A stretch of DNA of 64,000 nt. Source: Longimicrobiales bacterium (GTDB lineage Bacteria; Gemmatimonadota; Gemmatimonadetes; Longimicrobiales; Gaopeijiaceae). The stretch spans positions 1-64,000 of the forward strand of contig CAXXKM010000002.1 in NCBI GenBank assembly GCA_963664435.2, given 5' to 3'. This document shows, one piece after another, positions 10,429-21,400 of the stretch (its first letter is position 1; every line of letters begins with the position of its first letter). The notes under the pieces were generated by a model. It searched no databases, was not told the origin of the DNA, and saw only the letters and a program-made list of their open reading frames with translations. A program made the position numbers and the translations under genes.

Positions 10429-10940
10429 TGGTGCAGGAGCACGCTGAGCCGTTGACGTGGCTCCAAGCTGCCCTCGAATCCGACTACCGGGCAGTCCTGG
10501 GGGCGATGGCGTCGCCGGCCGAAGAGCGCGGGCGGCGACGACTCAGGGAAAGACTCCGCGCGTCGCTCGATGCCGAGCCGCTTGAGGACGGGATGGCTCA
10601 TCCTGCCGAGAGTGTGATCACAGCAGCGCTGGATTCTGAGGATCCAGACACCGTCCTGCGTTGGCTACGAAGCTGTTGCCTGGATACATCGAATCCGACG
10701 TTTGCGGCAGCCGTGTTCGTATGTGTGGCTCGTCAACCGGGAGTCGGCACCGTCGAGTGGCGAGAGGACCTGGTTCGCGGCGGCCTCGCCGTGGACGACG
10801 TGGAGGTGCGCGACGCCGCCATGCAGGCTGCCGAGTATTGGGCTGACCCGGGCTTCCTGCATGTGCTCTCGGCCCACTTGGAGCCGGTCGGGTGGCTTGA
10901 CGAGTACCGTCGCGGCGTGATGGACGACTTCGGCGGGTGA
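10428..10940 (+). CDS. Hypothetical protein with HEAT-like C-terminus
   Basis: TGATG coupling to SSS. EVRDAAMQAAEYW helical repeat. Codon usage looks atypical by eye. Confidence 0.6.
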   Translation: MVQEHAEPLTWLQAALESDYRAVLGAMASPAEERGRRRLRERLRASLDAEPLEDGMAHPAESVITAALDSEDPDTVLRWLRSCCLDTSNPTFAAAVFVCVARQPGVGTVEWREDLVRGGLAVDDVEVRDAAMQAAEYWADPGFLHVLSAHLEPVGWLDEYRRGVMDDFGG

Positions 10941-11239
10941 GCGGCTGTCCGGAACCGCGGCCAGGAGCGCTTCCGCGAGTTCCGTGACGGGCAGGCCGCC
11001 GCATCCCGCTCCGTCGAACTCCGCTGATGGTAGGCGGATTCGAAGATCGTTACCTTATCGTCCACTTTGTTCCCAGGTATCGCATCGCGACTCGTACAGG
11101 AGCCGAAGATGGTCGATGACCGAAAACAGAGCGACCACATCGCCGACTTGACTTCACCCAACACCGCCGAGCCGATCCGCAGGGCGGCCGCTCGGTCCGG
11201 CGTTCACGAGGACGTGCGCGTGTACCAGGGAACCAGCAC

Positions 11240-11896
11240 ATGAACCGCACCCGCCGCGACATCGTGGCCGCCGCACTTGCCGCGGCCGGACCGGAAGCTT
11301 TCTGCGACCCAATCCAGCTTCAGGTGCGGCTCTTCCTGATCGACCGCAAAACCCCCAACCGCATCGGCGGACCCTGCTTCGACTTCCGGCCTGGCCCTCT
11401 GGGTCCAGCCGACGACTCCCTCTACGACGACATTGGGACGATGGCCGCGACGGGCGAAGCCGTCATCGACCAATCGGGGCCCACTACCCTCTTTCGGCTC
11501 ACCGAAGCGGGCCGCGCAAAGGGTGAGGCGGTGCTGGCAACGCTGGATCCACCGGTCGCCGACTACTTCGGGCGCGTGGCACGGTGGACCTCGCTGGTGC
11601 CGTACGGCGCAATGCTCCGGTCCATCTTTCGCGAGTATCCTGAGATGGCCACCAAGTGTGTGGTGAAGAAACGGGCGAAGGTGCGGCGGACACGGCCGGA
11701 CGCGGAGCGCGGGTTGCGTCCCTTCGTGGAGGGTTTCGTGAGGGCCTTCGACTTCTTCGGAGTCATGCGACATCCTCAACCAGGCAAGTCCAAGTCGAAG
11801 TCCGATGCGGAAGCGATTGAAGAGATCTGGCACGACGTGGGTGGTTTCATCGAGGACGCGATGGTAACCGTTGGGCACTCGGAGCGACTCTGGTGA
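11240..11896 (+). CDS. Putative SocA/Panacea(YwgA)-like winged-helix protein with extra C-terminal segment
   Basis: Degenerate LQ..LFLID, F.F.P...GP...LYDD, F.LTEAG, IFREYPEM pattern. Family call is from memory. Confidence 0.5.
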   Translation: MNRTRRDIVAAALAAAGPEAFCDPIQLQVRLFLIDRKTPNRIGGPCFDFRPGPLGPADDSLYDDIGTMAATGEAVIDQSGPTTLFRLTEAGRAKGEAVLATLDPPVADYFGRVARWTSLVPYGAMLRSIFREYPEMATKCVVKKRAKVRRTRPDAERGLRPFVEGFVRAFDFFGVMRHPQPGKSKSKSDAEAIEEIWHDVGGFIEDAMVTVGHSERLW

Positions 11897-12459
11897 GCGG
11901 GCGCGAGAACGACCGCGAGTCACGCCAGACGGCGAGCGAGGAGGCGGACAAACCACCGGTTTCGACGGCGGTCACTCCAGCCGAAGCCGTCGCACCGCAC
12001 CCGGAACACTTCTCCGGCGAAACACCCGGCGCAACGGCCGCGGTTGTCACTCAACGCTTTTCCCTATCCGCGGGACCGCTACCGCACCCGGAGGCATTTC
12101 GTTCCTACGACGAGACCCTGTCCGGCGCGGCGGATCGGATTCTGAAGATGGCCGAGAAGCAACAGAGTCATCGTCACGCACAGGAGCGGCGAGAAATGGA
12201 GCTGAAAGAGAATGACTTCGAGATCCTCACACGCGGCCAGTGGATGGGATTCGTCTTCGGGACTCTCGCACTCATCGGAGCGGTGCTCCTGGTGATCGTC
12301 GGACGGCCGGTGGAAGGACTGACCGCCATGCTGCTTCCGGTCGCGACGATCATCGGGATCTTCACGATGTCGAAGCGTGTCCGTCGGGGCACGACCCAAC
12401 CGGAGGAAGCCTCCGACAACGACTCCGATCCCCCTTTGCGGCTACCCAACGGTCCCTAG
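11893..12459 (+). CDS. DUF2335 family membrane protein
   Basis: GPLPHPE...Y....GAADRILKMAEKQQSHRH followed by two TM helices. Confidence 0.8.
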   Translation: MSGRENDRESRQTASEEADKPPVSTAVTPAEAVAPHPEHFSGETPGATAAVVTQRFSLSAGPLPHPEAFRSYDETLSGAADRILKMAEKQQSHRHAQERREMELKENDFEILTRGQWMGFVFGTLALIGAVLLVIVGRPVEGLTAMLLPVATIIGIFTMSKRVRRGTTQPEEASDNDSDPPLRLPNGP

Positions 12460-12625
12460 GCCCGAGTTCGGTTCGGCGTCCCCGGATCGTGAGGCGCTGG
12501 ATCCAGCCCCGGCTCCCCGTGGGCCCGACATCGAGGTAGAGGCCGTTGCCAGCGCAGTACCGTCCGGCCCGGCTCACGTTGCGGACGAAGGCGGGTGTGA
12601 GCGCGTTATGCGGATGCCGCCCGCG
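12460..12625 (-). pseudogene. N-terminal Arm DNA-binding fragment of a P4-like tyrosine integrase
   Basis: RGRHPHNALTPAFVRNVSRAGRYC.GNGLYLDV.PTGSR.WIQRLTIRGRRTELG, then truncated. Confidence 0.8.
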
Positions 12626-12793
12626 CGCCTCGGAGAGTCGATTCTCACGCGCCCGCGCCCGCGCGCCTAAACATTTCAGTGCGAAACCGGCCGGCAGCCC
12701 TTTCGGTCCGCGACACCGGGGCTTAAGCTTCTGGCTCGTTTGCCCAGGTGCGCAAAAGCGCGAAGGAGGAGGAGAAAAACGCCCCGGAGCATC

Positions 12794-12820
12794 GGAAATC
12801 CGGTGGTTCCACGGATTTCC
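12794..12820. promoter_or_regulatory. Dyad GGAAATCCG-N9-CGGATTTCC, candidate enhancer for a sigma-54 activator
   Basis: Perfect 9-bp inverted arms about 95 bp upstream of the -12 element. Confidence 0.45.
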
Positions 12821-12888
12821 AAGACCCTCAACCACAGGACATGGTCTCGTAATCGCCTGTCAGCCAACAACTTACGAATCCGTTTTTT

Positions 12889-12904
12889 TGGCACCAGCCT
12901 TGCA
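12889..12904 (+). promoter_or_regulatory. Sigma-54 (-24/-12) promoter of S-layer-like gene A
   Basis: TGGCAC-CAGCC-TTGCA (GG-N10-GC). IHF-like AGCCAACAACTTA at 12862-12874. Confidence 0.75.
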
Positions 12905-13001
12905 TCCAAGGCTCCTGCCATCTCATGTCCACAGGAAACCCACAACCGACTCGCTTTGGCATTAAGCCCTGATTCGTTCAACCTTCACAAGGGACGGTAT
13001 C

Positions 13002-16000
13002 ATGAACTGACTCAAACTCTTCGCCACAGCTACGCTGATGGCCTTGGCCTTCACCGCCTGCGACGAGGGCACTCCACCGCCTGTGGAGCCGCCCCCGCCG
13101 CCCACTCCCGTGGGAACCATTTCCGGGACGGTGACGGTTGAAGGCACGGCCGCCAGCGGCATCACCGCCACCTTGTCGTCGGGTGCGACCACGACGACCG
13201 GGTCGGGTGGCAGCTTCGCCTTCTCGGGCGTGGAAGCCGGGACCTACACGGTCACCATCAGCGGCTTCCCCGAGGATGCGACGTTCGCCCAGGTGACGCA
13301 GTCCGCGACCATCGCGACGGATGGTCAGAACGTCCAACTCAACTTCGCCGGCGAGTATATCCGCTCCTCCGCGGTGGTCGGCAACGTGGTTGCGGCCGAC
13401 GCGATGATGAGCGGCGGCGACGGTCAGCCCGAGACGCTGGCGGGCGTGACGGTCACGCTCGGCGGCGAGCACGCCATGGGCGAGACCATGGAGACCGACG
13501 AGACCGGCGGCTTTGCCTTCACCGGGCTCCGGGCCGGCACCTACACGGTCACGATCTCGGACTATCCCGAGGATGTTTCCTTCGAGACGGTGATGGTCGA
13601 GGTCCCGGTTGACGTGGGCGATGTCGGCCAGGCCGACTTCACGGGCCACTTCATCCGCACCTCCGCGGTCGCGGGCCAGGTGATCATCGAAGGCGAGGGC
13701 CTTGCCGGGGTGACGGTTACCCTGAGCGGCGGACCCGCCGACGAGAGCTTCACGATGATGACCGACGCCGACGGCATGTACCGGTTCGACGAACTGCGCC
13801 CCGGCGACTACACGGTCTCGATCGCGGACTTCGACCCGCGGGACTACGAGTTCGCGGCCACGTCGCAGGACGTGAGCGTGGACCTGGATGAGACCGGAAC
13901 GGTTTCGTTCACGGGCGTCCTGCTCCGCACTTCCGGCATCAGCGGCCGGGTGAGCGTCGAGGGCATGGGTCTCGGTGACATCGCGGTCACGCTATCGGGC
14001 GCGGCCGACGATACCACGATGACCGACGCGAGCGGCCAATACGCCTTCGCGGGCCTGGCGGCCGGCGACTACACGGTCTCGATCGCGGTCGAGAGCAACG
14101 CCTACGTCTTCGACTCGATGAGCCAGGACAAGACGGTCGGCGACGACGAGTCGGCGATCGTGAACTTCGAGGGCGCGCACGATACGTCGGCGACCCTTAC
14201 GGCGATGCTGTTCATCGACGAGGCATCGAAGAACGACGAGTACGACGAGGGCGAGGACGCCTTCCCGTCGGCTGCCATGCTGGCGGCGCTTCAGGCGGCG
14301 CAGGTTGCGCTGCCGCCAATGCTGCCGGTGCCGGTGACCCTGGTGGGCCCGGAAGTCAATCAGATGAGGTCGGGCACGCTGAACGTCGCGACCGGCCAAG
14401 TCTCGTTTTCGGGGCTGCGCGCAGGCAGTTACCATCTGCAGGTTGGATCCCTCTCCGCGTTGCTGGCCGGACTACCGCCTCAGGTGGCTGCGGTGCTGCA
14501 GGACTACGAGTACGGTGGCCCCTCGGACGGCTACGCGATCGAAATCGATGTCGGCGAGATGGAGATGCAAGCCGTCCCGGTCGACATCACGCACACGACG
14601 GTTCACTTCGCGGTGATGCTGAGACACGGCGACGACACCGGCCATCCGGTCCCCGGCGCCGCCGTGACACTCTACTCGGGTGAGAACAGCGTCGGCAGCG
14701 GCACGACGGGCGAAAACGGTGAGCCGGCCATGATCCGGTTTGCGCGCACCGGCACCAGCGACAACATGGTCAACGCCGGGGTCGCGGTCGACGGCCTCCA
14801 CGTGGCCGACGGCATGACGCCGGTGCCGTGGGATCCGAAGAGCCCGCACACCGCGGCGGCGAACGCAAACGACATCGTCAACCTGAACGTCGCAGTGTCC
14901 GTCAGCGGCGCCACGATCACGACCGATTACGGTGGTGGAGTCGAGCTCGCCAACTGGGCCATCACTGTCATGTCCGGCGAAGAGGCGGTCGAAGACGCAC
15001 CGGAGGCGCTGGGCGAAGACGGCAACACGTCGTTCGGGGCCACAGTGGATGCTGGCGATCTGCCAGTGATGTACTCCTTCGCCGTTGCCGAAGAGCAGGA
15101 CGACGATTTGGACGGCGGCGAGGAGGTCGAGTCGGAATCCGTCGAGTACGAGCACGACGGACTGTCGCTGACCGGCGGGGAGGTCGCGCTCGAAGCGAGC
15201 TTCGCGACCCAGACCCTCAAGGTCTACGTGCACCATGAGCGCGACCAGGTCAAGGGCTTCACCGGCAACGTGCTGGGCGGCGACCTGCGGATGTCCGGAA
15301 TGGTCGACATCGAGGTTCGGTACGTTGCGGACAACGGTCGCACCCGCGCGTTCACGAAGGACATGTGGGATGCTGCGGAGAATACGACGGACAGCAAAGG
15401 CGTGCTGACCTTCTCCGGCGTGCCGGCCGACATGAACGTCATCGTTACCGCGAGAGCGGCTGAAGACAACGTCATGCTTTCCGGTGCCGAACAGCTTGCG
15501 GCATACGAGGACTTCGAGGAGAACGGCGTGTCGGGCAGCGCGTTCGGCGACCTGGGCGGCTTCCACCACACGGTGGAGCTCTGTCCGCTGCAGGACACCA
15601 ATCCGACGGGCCAGGACCATGGAGACTGCGCGTCGTTTGCCTTCGTAAGCGCATTCACGGTCGACGGGCAAGCGTGGAAGAACGAGGTCAAGAAGGACTC
15701 CGGCGACGACTTCGGCAAAGTGAATGTAGTCGGCGTGGAAGGGACTGCGGTCACCCTGGACCCGGTCGCAGGCAAGAACCTCGAGGGCGAGAGCGAGGAG
15801 TTCGAGGCCGCGGGGAGTGACGACAAGTCCACGGACGACATCGACGAGACCAAGCAGTTCGACTTCGGCCGGATGGCCGACGGCGTCTACGAGATCGGCG
15901 TACCGGCCGGCTGGGTTGCGACGGCCGGCATGGGCGGCGACAAGCTGTCCGAGCAGTTCCTGCTCCGGAACAACCTCACCTCCGACGAGGACGAGGACGA

Positions 16001-18320
16001 CGCGGACGACCACCTCAACATCGACGTGACGCCGTCGACGGGTGTCCTCTACGGACGCGTTACCGACGATGCGGGGCTGCCCGCGGAAGGCGTGACCGTC
16101 GATGTGAACGGCCAGACGGACGTGACGGACGAATCCGGTCGCTACATCGTCGAGGGGTTCAGCGGCAGGAGGCCGCCCAGGAAGCCCGTCCTCGTTCAGC
16201 TTTCCGGGACGGGATACGCCTCGAAGACCGACTCCACCACCGTCTCGAAGTTCGCGGCAAACTCGCCGACGAGACAGGACTTCGAACTGACGGGTATTGG
16301 CGACTTCGCCACGTTCAGCGGCATCGTCACGAAGTCCGGCGGCGGAGTCGTTTCGGGTGTGACGATCTCGGTGACAGGTTCGACCTTGATCAACCCGAAC
16401 GCGATGTCACGCGGCGCCACGGAGGACGACATCTACCAGACGGACGACAACGGGGCGTACAGCGTGCAGGTGCGGGCTACCGGCGCCAGCGTGATCCTGA
16501 AGGCGTCCAAGAAGGATCTGTCGTTCTCGCCCGAAGATGGGCACTCCGTCTCGGCCACGGCCGACCAGGACATCTCCGGACTCAACTTCACGGCGTTCGA
16601 CCACGCCATGATATCGGGCAGAGTGCTCAACGAGGACGGCGGTCCCGAGCGGTACGTCAAGATCACGGCGACGCGGGCAGATGACGACTCTCGCACGTAC
16701 TCCGACGTTTCAAGCAGGACCGGGACCTTCACGCTCAGCGTGCCGTACGGCGTCTACGTCATCGGCGGTGATGCCGAGAGCGGTTACACCTTCGAATACC
16801 CGAATGGCATCACGAGGGTGAACGTCGCGCCCGGCCAGAGGCTGGCATACGGCGATATCGAGGCGACGGTATCGGCGACCGGACGGCCTCCGAGATTCAC
16901 CAGCAGCGCCAGCTTCAGCGTCGAAGAGGGTGAGACGGACATCGGCACCGTGGAGGCGGTCGACCCCGATGACGACGATGCGACAATCACCTACTCCGGC
17001 TCGTCGGATGACGTAGCGGTTGCCTCGGACGGCGACCTGGTGTGGGTCGGGACTGCTCCGGCCTACGACGACGATGACGATGACGCCAACGACTACAAGT
17101 TGACGGTCACGGCAACGAGCACCGACGACTTGGGGACCAATTCGACTGACCAGAACGTCACGGTCACCGTGACTGAGAGCGGTGATGCGGTCGTGACGCT
17201 GGTTGTGACGCCGGACGAGATCGTCGAGGGCGGGAGCAGCACGGTAAGTGCGACGCTCGCGTCTGCGGCATCGAGCCCCTTCTCCGTGAATGTGAGCGTG
17301 ACAGCAGACGACAACGCTCGCGGACACCGCGTCAGCACCAACAAGTCGCTGTTCTTCAATGCGGGCGACAAGGAGAGCAGCGGGGCTCCGGTGACGATCA
17401 CATCGAGCAACGACAACGTCCATACCGGCGATCAGACGTTGACGGTGACCGGAACGGTGGAAGGCGCCGACGACATGACCGTCAAGTCGGTTGAGCTCAC
17501 GGTCACGGATAACGACGTGCCGAACGGGCAGGTGAGGCTGGTCCTCAAGAGGTCCCGGATTGACGAGACGGACGACGCCGCCACCACCGGCGACGATAAT
17601 CAGGAAGCCCAGGATACCCTGACGGCTACGCTCGCCGGCGGAACAACGTTCGAAGAGGACATCACGATTGCGGTGACGGTGAGCCCTGCAGGTGTTGTAA
17701 CGCCAGCGGACACAGACGCCGACGCCGACGGTCACCAGATCGGGACGCTGACCATCCTGGCTGGCTCAAGGAGTTCCACCCTTAATGACGATGGCACCGA
17801 TAAGACCACCGATGCCACAATCGTGATCGAGGCGGTCGGTGATAACGAAGATGAGGGTAACACGGTGGTAACCGTGAGCGGAGTCGTAAGTGTTGGTGGC
17901 ACTGCATTGGACGATGATCATGACAGTCAGCCCAACGCCGTCTCCCTGATCATCCTCGACGATGACGCGGCACCGGGCGCTCCGCAGAACATCGATGCAA
18001 GTGTAGACGACGCGGCGGCCGACGCTGACGCCACCGTAACGGTGGAGTGGGACGCTCCGTCGAGCTTGGGCGAGGTGAACGGAACCGCGCCCACTGCTGC
18101 TTACGAGTATCGCTTCGAAGAGGCCTCTGTCATCGGACGCGAGAGTTGGACCGCGGTCACCGCCACCCCCGCCGACGACGGGTCGGTGGAAATGACAATC
18201 ACAGTCGCTGCGGACTCAAACTTGAGGGGCAGAACGGTCACTGTGCAGGTTCGGACGACCAGCGACGCGGGCCAAAGCAGCCCCGTGCCCGACACCGTTG
18301 ACGTTCCGGCTGGCACCTAA
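13002..18320 (+). CDS. Large acidic surface lipoprotein A (carboxypeptidase-regulatory-like/SdrD-B repeats, cadherin/Calx-like, terminal FN3), S-layer-like; in-frame TGA at codon 3
   Basis: ATG AAC TGA CTC AAA... reads MN*LKLFATATLMALAFTAC. The ORF track starts at 13038. Repeated TT...G.F.F.GL.AG.YTV.I modules, D/E/T-rich. Confidence 0.75.
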
Positions 18321-18355
18321 CCTAAACCCGGGTTAGTTCCCGGCAGCAGTAAGAG

Positions 18356-18392
18356 CGCCCCCGCCCGGTTCGCCGGGCGGGGGCGAGCTTTT
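18356..18392 (+). terminator. Intrinsic terminator
   Basis: 13-bp stem CGCCCCCGCCCGG/TTCG/CCGGGCGGGGGCG followed by AGCTTTT. Confidence 0.8.
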
Positions 18393-18495
18393 CGGTCGAA
18401 GACGACCACCCCGGCTCCCGGGGGCACGTCGAATGAGGTCACCAGAAATGCTAGACGACGAGTAGACATATGATTATCCGCAGCAAAGAGGCGGA

Positions 18496-21400
18496 ATGAT
18501 GATTCCGAACAAGCTCAGGATACCGGTCCGGTTCTTCCTGGTCGCCGCGGTGGGCGGCGCGGTCTTGGCGCCATCCATGGGCGCGCATGCCCAGGAGCCG
18601 TTTTCGGATAGTTCGGACGGAGCCGTCCGGCCGGTCGCGAAGCGGGTTGCGGCGAAGGCGGCCGTTCCTCCCAGGATCACCTCGATGCGACATGAGTGGA
18701 CCGGGGACCGGCAGGAGGAATTCCGTCTCGAAATCCGTTTCTCGCAAGCCGTGACGGGCTTCGATGTCGACGACATCCGGGTCTTCGGGGCGACATTGGA
18801 TCGCTCCTCCTTTATCGGCACGACCAGCCGTTATTTCGTCACGATGGATACGTGGCCCAACCGCGAGGACCTGGTCATCGTGACCATCGACGGGAACGTG
18901 GCAGTTAACGACGATGGCGACGGTAACATCGGGGATGACTACACGTTCCACGCGGATACTCGGGCGCCCATTGCCCGCAATGCCGAGGTGGACGGCAGGG
19001 AACTCGTCGTCAGCTTCCACGAAGACCTGGATGAGGGCACGATCCCGCCCGTCGGAAACTTCGACGTGTACGTCACCAGGGACGGTGACCGCGACGACGA
19101 GAGAGTGTCGCGAGTCGAAGTGCAGGCGGCCGAGGTGATCCTGACGCTGGCCCGGGCGGTCCGTTTCGACGACGTCGTCGAGCTGTTCTACGACGACGCG
19201 GGCACGAGAGCCCTTCGGGACGAGGCCGGCAATCTCGCCGATCCCTTCGACCTGCCGGTGGTGAACGAGACCGCCGACGGGGAGGCGCCGGATCCGCCGC
19301 GCGGCCTCTCGGCGGAAGCCGACGGCGCCACCGTGATCGAGTTGAGCTGGCGTGCCCCACTGGACCGCGGCAGCAGCGCGATCATCGGCTACTGGATCGA
19401 GGTGTCGACGGATGGAGGCGACACCTGGTCGACGCTCGTGCGCGACACCGGGGACACCACGACCCGCTACCGGCACACGAGCCTCAGCGCGGACACCACG
19501 CTCCACTATAGGGTCTCCGCAATCAACTCCTACGATACGGGAGACCCGTCCAGCGTCGCGAGCGCCACGACGGAGGAGCACGTTCCGGGCACGCCCAGGG
19601 GACTGACCGCCGGGGCTAGGGGGACATCGGCTATCGAACTGGACTGGAGGGCGCCCTTATCCGCCGGCACGGCCGCGGTGACCGGCTACCGGATCGAGAC
19701 GTCGCCCAACGGCAGGAGCGCTTGGACGGTGCTCGAGGCGGACACGGAATCCACGACCACCGCTTACACGCACAGGGATCTCAGCCCCGGGACTACCCGC
19801 CACTACCGCGTCGCGGCGATCAGCAGGGTGGGCAGGAGCGCGTGGTCGAGCGTCGTGCATGCGACCACCAATGTTACCACTCCGGGCGCGCCCACTGGCC
19901 TGAAGGCGGTTCCGAGTGTTGTGGGGGGAAGCACCCAGCTCCTACTCACCTGGACGCGCCCGGTCACGGACGGCGGGAGCGCGGTGACCGGCTACCGGAT
20001 CGAGACGTCGCCCAACGGCGTCGCGGGCTGGACGCTCGTCGCGGCCGGCACGGCCACCACCTACGTGCACACCGGCCTTGCCCCCGGCACCACCCGATAC
20101 TACCGCGTGGCCGCGGTCAACAGGGTAGGCAGAAGCGCCTGGTCTGACGTCACGCCCGGCACCACCAACCCCGCCTCCCCCGGCCAGCCACAGAACCTGC
20201 GCGCGCGCGGCGCCGGACCGAGGAGCATCACCCTCACCTGGGACGCGCCCACCAGCGACGGGGGGGCGCGCATCACCGGCTACCGCGTCCGGGCGCGCGG
20301 GCCCAACGACGGCACCTGGATCATCGTCCGTCCCAATACGGGTTCGACGGCGACTACCTTCACGCACACCGGCCTCCAGCCGGCGACCGCCTACCGGTAC
20401 CAAGTGGCGGCGATCAACTCGGTGGGAGCCGGCGCGTGGTCGTTCGAGGCGGGGACGAACACGCACCCCGACGTGCCTGGCGCGCCGTTTGACCTGACGG
20501 CCCGGGCCGTCGGCACCTCGCGCATCGACCTGTCGTGGAGCGCACCCAGCAACACCGGCGGCGCCCCGATCCTCGGCTACCGCATCGAGGCCTCGGGCGA
20601 CGCGGGCGGCACCTGGCGCATCATCCGCCGCAACACGGGCTCTACGGCGACGACGTTCTCGGACCTGAACCTTCAGCCGGCGACCACGCGCCACTACCGG
20701 GTCGCGGTAATCAACACCGCGGGGACGGGGCCGTTCTCGAACTACGCGGGCGCGACCACCGACGCGACGCTGCCGGGCGTGCCTCAACGTGTCAGCGCGG
20801 AGGCGGACGGCACATCGCGGATCGAGCTCTCATGGCAGGCACCCACGGGCGACGGGGGCGCGCGGGTCACCGGCTACCGGATCGAGGTCTCGGAAAACGC
20901 GGGCGCGAGCTGGCAGGACCTGGTGGCCAACACCCGCAACACGCTCACGACGTACTCGCACACCGGGCTGGAGCCGGCCACGACGCGGCACTACCGCGTC
21001 TCGGCGGTTAACCGGATCGGGGTGGGCAGGGCGTCGCGGGTGACGAGCGCGACCACCGACGCGACCGTGCCCGACGCGCCCACCGGGCTGGTGGCCACCG
21101 CGGTGACGCCCACGCAGATCAACCTCGCGTGGGTCGCGCCCGCGTATGACGGCGGCGCGCCGATCACCGCCTACCGCATCGAGGTGTCGGAGACCGGCGC
21201 CGCCTGGGCCGATCTGGCGTCCAACTCCGGGTCGACGGCCACTGCGTTTTCGCACACCGGCCTGCAGCCCGGGAGCGTGCGCCACTACCGGGTGTCGGCG
21301 ATCAACCGGGTGGGCGCCGGCGCGGCGTCGACGAGCGCAACGGCAGCGACCGACGATCCCGTCCAACGCGCGGGCCGGCTGAACACGCGCGTGCTGCCTC

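Larger units (their letters stand above)
3972..13363 (+). repeat. Left arm of a >=9.4-kb apparently exact inverted repeat
   Basis: All six-frame ORFs recur identically at 67972-x. First mismatch seen at 13364/54608. Confidence 0.95.

Noticed and set aside
6575..10940. Long Arg/Gly/Pro-rich N-terminal extensions and overlapping ORFs in the track (e.g. 787, 951 and 754 aa)
   Set aside because: These are high-GC shadow frames. The real starts are the coupled ATGs at 7364, 8935 and 10428.
12630..12790. tRNA/att site next to the integrase remnant
   Set aside because: No cloverleaf, T-loop or flanking direct repeat found by eye.
13008..13010. Genome-wide UGA reassignment or selenocysteine
   Set aside because: TGA ends many genes here, including ATGA-coupled ones, and TGG encodes Trp throughout. 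A signal-peptide position is implausible for Sec.
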